From the NCBI GenBank assembly GCA_046331625.1, contig JAXLQL010000020.1:102452-166451 (forward strand): a DNA stretch of 64,000 nucleotides. The letters are read 5' to 3'. The translations under genes were made by a program, and so were the position numbers. The stretch is from Bryobacteraceae bacterium (lineage in GTDB: Bacteria > Acidobacteriota > Terriglobia > Bryobacterales > Bryobacteraceae). Below, piece by piece: positions 50,317 through 62,911 of the stretch. The notes under the pieces were generated by a model that worked only from the letters and a program-made list of their open reading frames with translations, was not told the DNA's origin and ran no database searches. Position 1 is the first letter of the stretch. Every line of letters starts with the position of its first letter.

Positions 50317-50546
50317 GCTCGTCCTCCTGCGCTGATCGATAGTTGTGGACGCAAACCAGGCCTCATGCAAACCAGGCTGATGTGAAGCGGACGAAGCGGC
50401 GGAAGAAACTGCGGGGTTGTTCGGGAGGGTCGAGTCGGGGACCGCACTCTCAGCTTATCGAAACCCTCGCTCGCGTGCCAATAAATACTTTTGATCGCGG
50501 TCATCCCCTGAGGCGTTCTTCAACCCAAGCAGTACCATGGAACTTC

Positions 50547-51830
50547 ATGACCCACGACAGTGCCTTCGAAATGGCCACCTCATCGGTGCGCTACGGCCCG
50601 GGTGTCACTCGCGAGATCGGCATGGACCTCGTCGATATGAAGCTGAAACGCGCGCTGGTGCTCACCGATCCGTGGCTCGCCGCGATGCAGCCCGTGGCCA
50701 CCGCACTCGAATCGCTCGAGCGCAACGGCGTCGCGTTTACGCTCTATCGCGATGTGCGTGTGGAACCGACTGACCGTTCCTTCCAACATGCGATCGAGTT
50801 CGCGCGCGGCGTGGAGTTCGATGCGATCGTGGCGGTGGGCGGCGGGTCGGTGATCGACACGGCGAAAGCAGTCAACCTCTACACGTGCCACCCGCCCGAG
50901 GACTTTCTCGACTACGTGAACCCGCCGATAGGGAAGGGCATGCCCGTTCCCGGTCCGGTGAAGCCGCTGTTCGCGATCCCCACCACGGCCGGCACGGGAT
51001 CGGAGACGACGGGCGTTGCCATTTTCGACATGTCGGAGATGCACGCGAAAACCGGGATCGCGCACCGGCGCCTGAAGCCCACGCTCGGCCTGCTCGACCC
51101 CGACAACACGCGCACGCTGCCGCCGCAAGTGGCCGCTTCCGCCGGACTCGACGTGCTCTGCCACGCCATCGAATCGTTCACCGCGATCCCGTTTCAGATG
51201 CGGCCGCTGCCCGATCGTCCAGTTCTGCGTCCCGCGTATCAGGGTTCGAATCCGATCAGCGACGTGTGGTCATTGCAGGCGCTCGCGATGACGGCGCAGT
51301 ATCTGCCGCGCGTGTTCGACAATCCGCAAGACGACGAAGCGCGTGGGCAAATGCTGCTCGCCGCGTCTTATGCGGGTGTGGGATTCGGCAATGCCGGAGT
51401 GCATCTGCCGCACGGAATGTCGTATCCGGTGTCGGGCATGGTGAAAGGATTTCGCATGGCGGGCTATTTGCCGGAACATGCGATGGTGCCGCATGGCGTC
51501 TCGGTGATCTTGAACGCACCTGCGGTGTTTCGCTTCACGGCGCAGGCGAATCCGGAGCGCCATCTCCGCGCGGCCGAAGTGCTGGGCGCCGATGTCTCGC
51601 GCGCCAAAGCGGAAGACGCCGGCCGCATTCTCGCGGACGCGCTGACCCGCATCATGCGCCGCGTGCAGATTCCCGATGGATTGCGCGCGCTCGGCTACGA
51701 CTCTTCGCACATTCCCGCGCTGGTGGAAGGGACGCTCCCGCAGCATCGTGTCACCAAGCTCTCGCCGCGTGCGGCGGGGAAGGACGATTTGGCGATGTTG
51801 TTCGAGGATGCAATGGTCGCGTACCGTTAG
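50547..51830 (+). CDS. iron-containing alcohol dehydrogenase family (hydroxyacid-oxoacid transhydrogenase-like)
   Basis: GGGSVIDTAK (NAD-binding), TAGTGSETT, and conserved His ligands (LDVLCHAIE; GVHLPHGMSYP). Confidence 0.85.
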   Translation: MTHDSAFEMATSSVRYGPGVTREIGMDLVDMKLKRALVLTDPWLAAMQPVATALESLERNGVAFTLYRDVRVEPTDRSFQHAIEFARGVEFDAIVAVGGGSVIDTAKAVNLYTCHPPEDFLDYVNPPIGKGMPVPGPVKPLFAIPTTAGTGSETTGVAIFDMSEMHAKTGIAHRRLKPTLGLLDPDNTRTLPPQVAASAGLDVLCHAIESFTAIPFQMRPLPDRPVLRPAYQGSNPISDVWSLQALAMTAQYLPRVFDNPQDDEARGQMLLAASYAGVGFGNAGVHLPHGMSYPVSGMVKGFRMAGYLPEHAMVPHGVSVILNAPAVFRFTAQANPERHLRAAEVLGADVSRAKAEDAGRILADALTRIMRRVQIPDGLRALGYDSSHIPALVEGTLPQHRVTKLSPRAAGKDDLAMLFEDAMVAYR

Positions 51831-51863
51831 CACGCTTCTGCGCAACGCGTTACGTTCTTCGAG

Positions 51864-52238
51864 TCAGGAGTCCCCGGTTTGTACCCATCGGACCCCCGAA
51901 AGCCGGGCAATGACTAGATGGTCCCGCAAGCTTCGGTCTTTGGCCGCTTCCAAAAAGGGCACAAGCACAGACAGGACCAACTGCGTTGTGGTCGGATTCA
52001 CCTTTTCTCGAATCACTCCTGGGTGATTGGCGAGAGGTAACACCGCCCAGTCGCCGAAATCCTCGTCCAAGGTCACCAGGATTCGATCATCCTCAACGGC
52101 GCGCCGTAGGATCTCGGCATCGTCGGCAGTTGCGAGCCCCACTTGGCTGACGCGAACAGCATTGTGGCCCGCCTCGCGAAGGCCTTGTGCCACTTCCTCG
52201 TCGAGCACCTGGTCGAGCAGGAGCCGCCGGCTGGTCAC
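51864..52238 (-). CDS. DUF5615-family (PIN-like) protein, putative toxin partner of DUF433
   Basis: The GTG at 52238 overlaps the DUF433 stop (GTGA). RRLLLDQVLDEEVAQGLREAGHNAVRV...ADDAEILRRAVEDDRILVTLDEDF is the DUF5615 signature. Confidence 0.65.
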   Translation of the reverse strand: MTSRRLLLDQVLDEEVAQGLREAGHNAVRVSQVGLATADDAEILRRAVEDDRILVTLDEDFGDWAVLPLANHPGVIREKVNPTTTQLVLSVLVPFLEAAKDRSLRDHLVIARLSGVRWVQTGDS

Positions 52239-52483
52239 GCTACCTGAGGCTCGAACTCGGTTCGCTCGATTACCGAATGACAATCTTGGAGTGCTGCCGC
52301 GACACTCTCACGGGACAACTCCGGGTACTTCCTCAGCACTGCGCCGACGGATCCGGATTCGGCCAACTGATCCAGAATCACAGTGACCGGAATTCGCGTA
52401 CCGGCAATGACAGGCTTGCCGTTGCAGCGGCGTGGGTCGATCTCGATCTTCGAGGTCACTGGGCTCGATTTTAGCACCGGCAT
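52235..52483 (-). CDS. DUF433-family protein (antitoxin-like HTH)
   Basis: IEIDPRRCNGKPVIAGTRIPVTVILDQLAESGS is the classic DUF433 core. Confidence 0.8.
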   Translation of the reverse strand: MPVLKSSPVTSKIEIDPRRCNGKPVIAGTRIPVTVILDQLAESGSVGAVLRKYPELSRESVAAALQDCHSVIERTEFEPQVA

Positions 52484-52504
52484 GACCTCCCTTCCGAACG
52501 CGGT

Positions 52505-53659
52505 TCAGTGCTTCAGATGCTTCTCGAAGAACTGCTGCCATGCCGGATCGATCGCAGGACCGTTGGCGTGATGACCATCCGAAGTCAGCGTGAATTGGAG
52601 GCGATCCTCTGCGCCGAGCAGCTTATAGACTTCCTTGGCGCGATTCACGTAGCCCCAGCTCTGCCGGTCATCGGAGTCGCCGCCATTGTCCTCTTTGTTG
52701 CCGGCACCGCCGATGATGAGGAACGCGCGCGGAGCGGCGAGTGCGAGTAACTCGTGATGGTCGTGCTCGAAGCCGGGGCGGGCGGGATCGGAGTCGAGCA
52801 CGCTGAGCGGCGTGTGCTCGGAGGTTGCGATATCGGGCCAGGGGCGCATCCAGTCGAGATACCAGGGCGCGTACCAGTTGGTTCCGCCGTTGACGGCGAT
52901 GTGAGGGTCGAGCGCAACGGTGGCCTTCAACTCGGGCAGAAACGCGCCTGCATACACAGCGACCTTCGCGCCGAGCGAGAACCCGATGAGCCCGATGCGC
53001 TTCTTGTCCACTTGCTTGACGGACTTCAGATAGTCAATCTCGCGCTTGACGTCATGCACCATCTTGCCGAGCGCGAGCCAGTGCCCGAAGCGATCGTAGA
53101 CCTTCTCCGCGGCGCCGTTGCGCGCGGTGGTCTTGTCGCGATAGTTGCGAATGAATGACCAGCCGGTCAGCACCACGTAACCGCGCTCGGCGAGCCACGC
53201 ACCCCACCAATTCTCGGGCTCCATGTAGTCGGGCGAAGAAGAGCTGTAGCAGATCACCGCGGGGAACGGTCCGTTGCCTTGGCCTTTCGGGATCAGCAGC
53301 AAATGCGGCTGCGAGAAGTCTTTCTCCATCGGCAGGTCGAGATGGATGCGCGTGTACTTTTCCTTCTCGGCCGTGTCGTAAATGTGGGCCTTGCGGATAT
53401 CGCCGAACCAGCGCTTGTCGGGTCCCTTGGGCGCGATCTTGCCGAGCATGTTCACCCATCTTGCCTGGATCTGCTTGCGGCGCTTCTTCCAGTCGCCGGG
53501 CTTGTTCAGGCCCTCCACGAGCGAAGGGATGAGTTGGTTCTCCGCGCCCGGTTGTTGCGAAGGGCTGCGCGTACTCGAGACTCGATGTTGATTGAGGCGC
53601 TGCTCCGGCGGCGTCTGCGCGAGGAGCGTTGCGGCGGCGAGCAGTGCGGTGAGTCTCAT
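52505..53659 (-). CDS. secreted alpha/beta-hydrolase (dienelactone-hydrolase or acetyl-esterase-like)
   Basis: Signal peptide. A nucleophile elbow GFSLGA (G-x-S-x-G), a downstream Asp and HDHHE. Confidence 0.7.
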   Translation of the reverse strand: MRLTALLAAATLLAQTPPEQRLNQHRVSSTRSPSQQPGAENQLIPSLVEGLNKPGDWKKRRKQIQARWVNMLGKIAPKGPDKRWFGDIRKAHIYDTAEKEKYTRIHLDLPMEKDFSQPHLLLIPKGQGNGPFPAVICYSSSSPDYMEPENWWGAWLAERGYVVLTGWSFIRNYRDKTTARNGAAEKVYDRFGHWLALGKMVHDVKREIDYLKSVKQVDKKRIGLIGFSLGAKVAVYAGAFLPELKATVALDPHIAVNGGTNWYAPWYLDWMRPWPDIATSEHTPLSVLDSDPARPGFEHDHHELLALAAPRAFLIIGGAGNKEDNGGDSDDRQSWGYVNRAKEVYKLLGAEDRLQFTLTSDGHHANGPAIDPAWQQFFEKHLKH

Positions 53660-54423
53660 GGGTTCAGTGCGCGAATCACTTGGTCATGGATGGTCCCGGC
53701 GGTGGCGACTGCGCTCCGTCCAACCGCGGCGTCGTTTCCCTGCCAGTCCGTAATGCGGCCTCCCGCGCCTTCGATGATCGGGATGAGCGCCATGAGGTCC
53801 CAGACTTCGAGGATCGGGTCGGCCATGATGTCCACGCCGCCCACGGCTACGAGATAGTAGCCGTGGCAATCGCCCCAGTTGTTGTAGCGTTTCACCCGGC
53901 GCGAGAGCGTCTCGAAGGCGGGCCCGTTCTGATACTTCTCCACCGTCCAATGCGAAGTGGCAGTGAGGATCGCGTCTTCGATCGAGGCGCACTGTCGCAC
54001 GTGCACGGGCTGGCCGTTGAGCCATGCCTGCTTGCCGGTGCCGATGAGGAAGTCATCCACGATTGGATTGTGGATGACGCCGAGCACGGGGCGTCCCTTG
54101 CGGCGTAGCGCGATCAGCGTGCCGAACAAATAGGTGTGGCTGACGAAGGCCTTGGTACCGTCGATCGGATCAAGCACCCATTCGTACTCCGCGTCGGGCT
54201 TGTGCCGGCCGAACTCTTCGCCCAGGATTCCGTCGTCTGGGAACTCCCGCTGGATCATCTCACGCATCACGCGTTCGGCCTCGCGATCCGCAATGGTGAC
54301 GGGTGACGTATCGGCCTTGGAATGGACCTCGTACCCCGCGCGAAACCATCGCCGGATGATGTCGCCGCTGGCGGTCGCGAGTTGCTGGCAGAAGCGGATG
54401 AGGTCGGGCTCGGAGCGGCTCAC
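53656..54423 (-). CDS. inositol monophosphatase-family protein (IMPase/HisN-like)
   Basis: The GTG at 54423. Motifs EEFG, WVLDPIDGTKAFV, and WDLMALIPIIEGAGG (WD-x-AAG). Confidence 0.8.
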   Translation of the reverse strand: MSRSEPDLIRFCQQLATASGDIIRRWFRAGYEVHSKADTSPVTIADREAERVMREMIQREFPDDGILGEEFGRHKPDAEYEWVLDPIDGTKAFVSHTYLFGTLIALRRKGRPVLGVIHNPIVDDFLIGTGKQAWLNGQPVHVRQCASIEDAILTATSHWTVEKYQNGPAFETLSRRVKRYNNWGDCHGYYLVAVGGVDIMADPILEVWDLMALIPIIEGAGGRITDWQGNDAAVGRSAVATAGTIHDQVIRALNP

Positions 54424-54467
54424 TCGAAAGGACGATTCTATCGTATTGTTGAAAGTACCGGAATCCG

Positions 54468-57110
<2,643 letters not shown>

Positions 57111-57121
<11 letters not shown>

Positions 57122-58493
57122 ACAGACTCGGCGGGAATTGTTTTGGGAGGCGGGCGGCGGCTTGGCCGGCGTGGCTCTGGCGCAGTTGAGCGCGCAGGGC
57201 GCGACGCATCACGCGGCCAAGGCCAAGCACGTGATCCTCATCTTTCTGCCGGGCGGGATCTCGCACATCGACACGTTCGACTACAAGCCGGAACTCGCCA
57301 AGCACCACGGCAAGGAGACCAAAGGCGCGAACACGATCACGCCGTTCTTCGGCAAGCGCGGCGCGTTGATGAAGAGCCCGTGGACGTTCGAGGCGCGCGG
57401 GCACTCGGGCAAGTTTGTTTCCGATCTTCTTCCGCAGTTGGGCGGCTGCGTCGATGACCTCGCGTTCATCCACTCTATGGTGGCGCGATCGAACTCGCAT
57501 GGTCCGGCGCTGTTCCAGATGTCGACCGGCTACATCTTCCAGGGCTTTCCCTCCGCGGGCTCGTGGATCAGCTACGGGCTCGGTTCCGAGAATGCGAACC
57601 TGCCGGCGTTCGTGGTGTTGCCCGATCCGCATGGATTGCCTCCGGGCGGCGTGGCGCATTGGGGCAACGGATTCCTGCCCGCCGCGCATCAGGGCGTGAT
57701 CTTCGGTGACCAGAAGAAGCCGATCGCGGACCTGCAGCCTCCTGCGAAGGTGAGTGCGCGGGCGCAGACGGCCACGTATGATTTGCTCAGCGAGTTGAAC
57801 GAAGAGCATCTGCACCGAAATCCGGGCGAGGATGCGTTGATGGCTCGCATCAAGTCGTATGAGCTGGCCGCGCGAATGCAGCTCTCCGCGCCCGAAGTGA
57901 CCGACATCAAAGGAGAGAAGCCGGAGACGCTCGAGGCTTATGGACTCAACGATCCGGCCAAGCGCGCGTACGGCTACAACTGCCTGCTGGCGCGCAGGCT
58001 CGTCGAGAAGGGCGTGCGCTGCGTGCAGTTGTTCCACGGGGCGCATTTCGGAGCTCCACGCGTGAACTGGGACGCGCACGAAGACCTGGTGGGCAATCAC
58101 GGCAAGCTGGCGCGTGTAATGGATGGTCCCACGGCTGCGCTCATTCGCGACCTGAAGGAACGCGGACTGCTCGATGAGACGCTGATCGTGTGGACGACCG
58201 AGTTCGGGCGGCTGCCGATCTCCGAAGGCTTGGGCGAAGGCGGGCGCGATCATAACCCCGAGGGCTACACGTCGTTCCTCTGCGGCGCGGGTGTCAAGAA
58301 GGGGATCTCGTACGGCGCGACCGACGAGTTGGGCTACAAAGCGGCGGATAATCCCGTGACGGTGTACGATCTGCATGCGACGATGCTGCACCTGTTGGGG
58401 CTCGACCATACGCGGTTGACGTATTATCACAACGGCCTGCAAAGGAGGCTCACCGATGTCCATGGCCACGTGCTGCAGGATCTGTTGGCGTAG
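57111..58493 (+). CDS. DUF1501-family protein (sulfatase-like fold, Tat signal), canonical partner of DUF1549/DUF1553
   Basis: Twin-arginine leader (TRRELFWEAGGGLAGVALA), then DUF1501 blocks (VILIFLPGGISHIDTFDYKP...). Confidence 0.9.
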
Positions 58494-59148
58494 TCTGCTG
58501 CTGGCCGCGCCTCTGCTCCTGTGGGCGGACCGGCTGCCGCCGCGAAAAGACGCAAGCGAGTACCCACGTTTTAAACAATTAGAACGGTTTACGTTGGCCG
58601 CGGAATACGCCGGCCGAACCGCGACCGGCGAGCGCTCGGCCTACTTCGTGGACGATTACGTGCTGATCGACGTGGCGGTGTATCCGGCCAAGGGGCGCGT
58701 GGTTTCACTGAGCCGGGACCACTTCACGCTTTCAATCAACGGCAAAGACGGCTTGATGGCGCAGGCGGCGGGGACGGTGGCAATGACGGTGCGCAATCCG
58801 CAATTCGATCGCCGCGGCAAGCTCGACACAACAGTCGGCGCTGGTCCGGTGATTCTCGGTCCACCCCGGCGCGGACCGCAGTTCCCGGGTGATCCGGGAG
58901 AAACGCAGGGCCGGTTGCCCGCGCCGCCGCGAGTGCCCGAGGAGGACCGCAGCGGCATCCAGCGCGAGCCGGCGGAGACGGATGCAGCGGCAGTAGAGGA
59001 GCAGGCGATGCCGGAGGGGAAAGTGGAGCAGCCGGTCCGCGGGTATCTCTATTTTCCTTATCGAGGGAAGCTCGGGAAGATCAAGACCTTGGTGTTGATG
59101 TACAGGAGCAGCGAGGGGAAAGCGGAACTGACGATTCCCACGCATTGA
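58456..59148 (+). CDS. hypothetical secreted or lipoprotein-like protein (230 aa)
   Basis: An N-terminal hydrophobic segment (LLLAAPLLLWA). Its start overlaps the DUF1501 3' end. No family recognised. Confidence 0.4.
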   Translation: MSMATCCRICWRSLLLAAPLLLWADRLPPRKDASEYPRFKQLERFTLAAEYAGRTATGERSAYFVDDYVLIDVAVYPAKGRVVSLSRDHFTLSINGKDGLMAQAAGTVAMTVRNPQFDRRGKLDTTVGAGPVILGPPRRGPQFPGDPGETQGRLPAPPRVPEEDRSGIQREPAETDAAAVEEQAMPEGKVEQPVRGYLYFPYRGKLGKIKTLVLMYRSSEGKAELTIPTH

Positions 59149-59437
59149 GCAGGCGTGGCGGACTGACGTCCCGCGAGGGCCTTCCCAAGGAAGACGCGTG
59201 CTCGACCCGCGGATTATCGCTGAAGCAAGTGCACATTCGACTCGCGTGTGAGTGCTCGCCGGCCTCCTGCCGAACTTCGGCGATCCACCCGAGCCGCTCA
59301 GCACTTCTTCTGCTTCCTTTCCGAAGTGGAGCGCCGCACCGGCTTCCGCTTCCATCCGGACGGGGCCACGACTCCACACTGAACGCCTCATCCTTCACAA
59401 CCAGTCCCCCGTGCCGATTTGGGATAAGCTGGCTCCG

Positions 59438-60898
59438 ATGCTCCCAAGCGCCGTGCTTGCTCTCTTCCTCCTACCAGAAGCACCCTTCGCCGAAGCCGAC
59501 CGCATCTTCGAATCCTTCCGCCTCGACGCCCACATCCCCGGCATGGTCTACGGCATCGTCGTCAACGGCCGCCTCGTACACGTCAAAGCCACCGGCATCC
59601 AAGATATCGAATCGAAGCGACCCGTCACTGCCGACACGCTCTTCCGCATCGCCTCGATGACCAAATCATTTACGGCGCTTTCTGTTCTCGCGCTCCGGGA
59701 CCAAGGCAAGCTCGCGCTCGACGCGCCCGCCGAAACCTACGTCCCCGAACTCCGCGACTGGCGCTACCCAACCACGGACTCGCCGCGCATCCGCGTCCGC
59801 GAGTTGCTCACGCACACCGCCGGCTTCGTCACCGACGACCCCTGGGGTGACCGCCAAACGCCGCTCCCCGAGAACGACTTCACGCGCATGCTCCGCGAAG
59901 GCGTCCCCTTCACGCGACCGCCCGCCATGGCGATGGAGTACTCGAACTTCGGATACGCGCTGCTCGGCCGCATCGTCACCAACGTCTCCGGCTCGCCCTA
60001 CCACGAGTTCGTCCACAAGACGCTACTCGGACCTCTCGGCATGGCCGCGTCCGGATACGAAGTCACCAAGGCACCCGCCGAACGCCGCGCGCTCGGCTAT
60101 CGATGGGAAGATGGCGCGTGGCTGCTCGAACCCACCATGGCGCACGGCGCGTTCGGCGCGATGGGCGGCTTGCAGACCAGCGCCCATGACTACGCGCGCT
60201 ACGTCGCGTTTCTCACCTCGGCTTGGCCGCCGCGCGATGGCGCCGAGATCGGACCCGTGCGGCGATCGAGCGTGCGCGAGCTCTCGCAAGGCGCCAACTA
60301 TCCGGAACTCCGCGAACGTCCCGGCAAGAACGGCGCCGCCGAGTGCCGCCAAGCCGCGAACTACGGAATGGGAATGTGGGTCATCGCCGATTGCGAACTC
60401 GGCGTCACGCTCAGCCACGGCGGCGGATATCCCGGCTACGGCTCGCACGTGCTCATCCTGCCCGAGTATGGCGCCGGAATTTTCGCCTTCGCTAATCGCA
60501 CCTACGCGGGACCGCGTCCTCCGGTGTGGGAGACCGCGATCCTGCTGCGACGCGCGGGCTATTTGAAACCTCGGACCGCCACCGTCAGCAGCGAGCTGTC
60601 GAGCGCATACGCAGCCGCCGCATCCATCTTCAAAGCCGGCTCGGTCACCGCCGCAGGCGACGTGCTCGCCATGAACGTGCTCATGGACCACTCGTCCGAA
60701 TACTGGGCGCGCGAGTTCTCGGCCTTGAAATCGCAAACCGGCGCGTGCCGCACCGATGCGCCGATCAAACCCACCGGAGCGCTTTCCGGAAACTTCACCT
60801 GGACCTGCGATCACGGCCGCGTCAAAGGCTCGCTCCTGCTCGCGCCCACCGCCCCGCCGCGAATCCAAGAATTGAAGCTCACGCGGGAGAATCCATGA
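59438..60898 (+). CDS. serine hydrolase of the beta-lactamase/PBP4-like family
   Basis: The ATG at 59438 (MLPSAVLALFLL, a signal peptide). S-x-x-K in ASMTKSF, Y-x-N in YSNFGY, and HGGG late in the sequence. Confidence 0.85.
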   Translation: MLPSAVLALFLLPEAPFAEADRIFESFRLDAHIPGMVYGIVVNGRLVHVKATGIQDIESKRPVTADTLFRIASMTKSFTALSVLALRDQGKLALDAPAETYVPELRDWRYPTTDSPRIRVRELLTHTAGFVTDDPWGDRQTPLPENDFTRMLREGVPFTRPPAMAMEYSNFGYALLGRIVTNVSGSPYHEFVHKTLLGPLGMAASGYEVTKAPAERRALGYRWEDGAWLLEPTMAHGAFGAMGGLQTSAHDYARYVAFLTSAWPPRDGAEIGPVRRSSVRELSQGANYPELRERPGKNGAAECRQAANYGMGMWVIADCELGVTLSHGGGYPGYGSHVLILPEYGAGIFAFANRTYAGPRPPVWETAILLRRAGYLKPRTATVSSELSSAYAAAASIFKAGSVTAAGDVLAMNVLMDHSSEYWAREFSALKSQTGACRTDAPIKPTGALSGNFTWTCDHGRVKGSLLLAPTAPPRIQELKLTRENP

Positions 60899-62709
60899 AA
60901 CTCTGTCTCGCAGTTCTTCTCGGTGCCTGCGCCGTCTGCGCGCAAGACCTTCCTTCCATATCCGCCAACGACAATCGCAAGCCCGCCGGCGCGCTCCGGG
61001 ACAATGTCCTCCACGTCGAGCTCGAAATGCGCAAGGGCAACTGGCATCCCGAGTCCGAAGACGGCGAAGCGATCCCGTCGTACGCGTTCGCCGAACCAGG
61101 CAAGCCGCTGCAAGCGCCCGGGCCAGCGATTCGCGTTCCGCTGGGCGCCACAGTCGACATCACGCTGCGCAACACGCTCGCAGTTCCCGTCACCCTCTTC
61201 GGACTGCACGAGCGGCCTGGCAACAAAACCGCCTCCATCACCGTGGAAGCTGGCGCGACGCAACATGTGCGATTCCCCGCCGGTCGGGCCGGAACCTATC
61301 TCTACTGGGCTCGCACGCCGGACGGCAGGCGCGGCAACGGACGCGTGCTCGATGCGCTGCTCGGCGGCGCGCTCGTAGTGGACCAGCCCGGCGACGACGC
61401 CACGAAAGATCGCATTTTTGTTTTGGAGCGCTGGAACGGCCCCACGCGCACCGCGATCAACGGCAAGTCGTGGCCCTACACCGAGCGCTTGAATTTCCAG
61501 GTGGGCGAGAAGGTCCGCTGGCGCATCGTCAATGCATCGGACCTCAGTCATCCCATGCACCTCCACGGTTTCCACTTCCGGCTCGACGGCGAAGGCGACG
61601 GCGAACACTACAAGGTCTTCGACGAAGGCGTGAAGCCCGAGGAGTTCACCCACTCCGTCGAAGTGATGGAGACCTTCGACATGAGCTGGACCCCGAAGGA
61701 ACCCGGCCGCTGGCTCTATCATTGCCACCGGATTCCGCACATGCGCTTGCCCGTTCCGCTCGACGCCGCTGACGCCACGCTCGTCGAACACAATCACGAC
61801 CATGAGCACATGCATGACATGGATTCGCCCTACGCCGGCATGGGCGGCATGATCATGGGGATCACCGTTTCCGGCCGCCCGACGTTCGATACCGAGACCG
61901 GCTGGAAACCCACGCGCCGCCTGGAAATGCGGATCGCCAAACGAGAGAGCGGGCAAGGTTATGAGATCGCTTTGCGTGACCAGGTGTCGGGCGCGGAGAC
62001 GCGCAGCCGTGGACTCGCCGGTCCGCTGCTCGTCGTGAGGCAAGGCGAGCAGACCGAGATCGCCATCACGAACGCCACGCGTGAGACCACCGTGATCCAT
62101 TGGCACGGGCTCGAAATCGAGAGCTACTATGACGGCGTTCCCGGTTGGGGCGGGCTCGGTGACAAGAAAGCGCCAGCGCTCGAACCGGGCAAGACCTTCA
62201 ATGTGCGCATGGTCCCGCGGCGCGCCGGTTCATTCATCTATCACACCCACTGGCACGATGCGGCGCAGTTGACCGGCGGCATCCACGGATCGATGGTTGT
62301 GCTCGCGGCCAACCAAAAATGGGACCCGGATACGGACAAGAGTTTCCAGTTGAGCGCGAGTCCGGATGAGCCCTACGGGCAGGTCTTGCTGATGAACGGC
62401 GTGCCGCAGCCCGCAGCGATGCGCCTGCGCGTGGGAACCACGTATCGGCTGAGATTCATGAACATCACGCCCACCGGAGACAACATGCGCATCGGGCTGC
62501 GCGGCCCCGGCGAGGTGCAGTGGAAGCCGCTCGCGAAAGACGCGGCTGACCTGCGCGACCAGCACCCGCGCGCCGCCGAGCAGCACATCGCCGTCGGCGA
62601 AACCTACGACTTCGAATACCGCGCCAACGCTGCCGGCGAGGTCCGGCTCGAAGCTTGGATCCCCGGCGACCAGCGGCGCGTGGTCCAGACGCTGATCTTC
62701 TCTCAGTGA
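60895..62709 (+). CDS. multicopper oxidase (CueO/CopA-like) with a His/Met-rich insert
   Basis: The ATG at 60895 overlaps the upstream stop (ATGA). Signal peptide. Copper-ligand motifs HPMHLHG, HCHRIPHM, IHWHGLEI and HTHWHD. There is a His/Met-rich loop EHNHDHEHMHDMDSPYAGMGGMIMG. Confidence 0.85.
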   Translation: MKLCLAVLLGACAVCAQDLPSISANDNRKPAGALRDNVLHVELEMRKGNWHPESEDGEAIPSYAFAEPGKPLQAPGPAIRVPLGATVDITLRNTLAVPVTLFGLHERPGNKTASITVEAGATQHVRFPAGRAGTYLYWARTPDGRRGNGRVLDALLGGALVVDQPGDDATKDRIFVLERWNGPTRTAINGKSWPYTERLNFQVGEKVRWRIVNASDLSHPMHLHGFHFRLDGEGDGEHYKVFDEGVKPEEFTHSVEVMETFDMSWTPKEPGRWLYHCHRIPHMRLPVPLDAADATLVEHNHDHEHMHDMDSPYAGMGGMIMGITVSGRPTFDTETGWKPTRRLEMRIAKRESGQGYEIALRDQVSGAETRSRGLAGPLLVVRQGEQTEIAITNATRETTVIHWHGLEIESYYDGVPGWGGLGDKKAPALEPGKTFNVRMVPRRAGSFIYHTHWHDAAQLTGGIHGSMVVLAANQKWDPDTDKSFQLSASPDEPYGQVLLMNGVPQPAAMRLRVGTTYRLRFMNITPTGDNMRIGLRGPGEVQWKPLAKDAADLRDQHPRAAEQHIAVGETYDFEYRANAAGEVRLEAWIPGDQRRVVQTLIFSQ

Positions 62710-62737
62710 CAGCCCGTTTGTGAGGCAGACCTTGGCA

Positions 62738-62782
62738 ATGTGGGGCAGGCTTTCAGCCTGCAGCGGGACTTCCAGTCCCGCT
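62738..62782. repeat. REP-like dual-hairpin element
   Basis: aTGTGGGGCAGGCTttcAGCCTGCaGCGGGACTtccAGTCCCGC. Intergenic, between the multicopper oxidase and the dapA-like gene. Confidence 0.75.
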
Positions 62783-62911
62783 TTCCGAGCGCTGCGGCGA
62801 GTTTCAGGCCGTTGGAGCGGCGTCCCGCCGTACACGCTTCAGTCCCGCCAAATAGCTCCCGCATCCAATACAGTATCCTGACTTCTTGGCGTTCCGCCGG
62901 AGGATTTCTTC

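Noticed and set aside
51241-51252. GGTTCGAATCC tRNA T-arm-like string
   Set aside because: It lies inside the Fe-ADH coding region (encoding QGSNPIS) with no acceptor or anticodon stem context, so it is a chance match.
54134-54467. Upstream continuation of the long frame-2 ORF (54134-57121)
   Set aside because: Open frame only. It overlaps the convergent IMPase gene, and the real gene starts in frame 0 at 54468 with the PSCyt1 domain and shifts frame at the C5 run.
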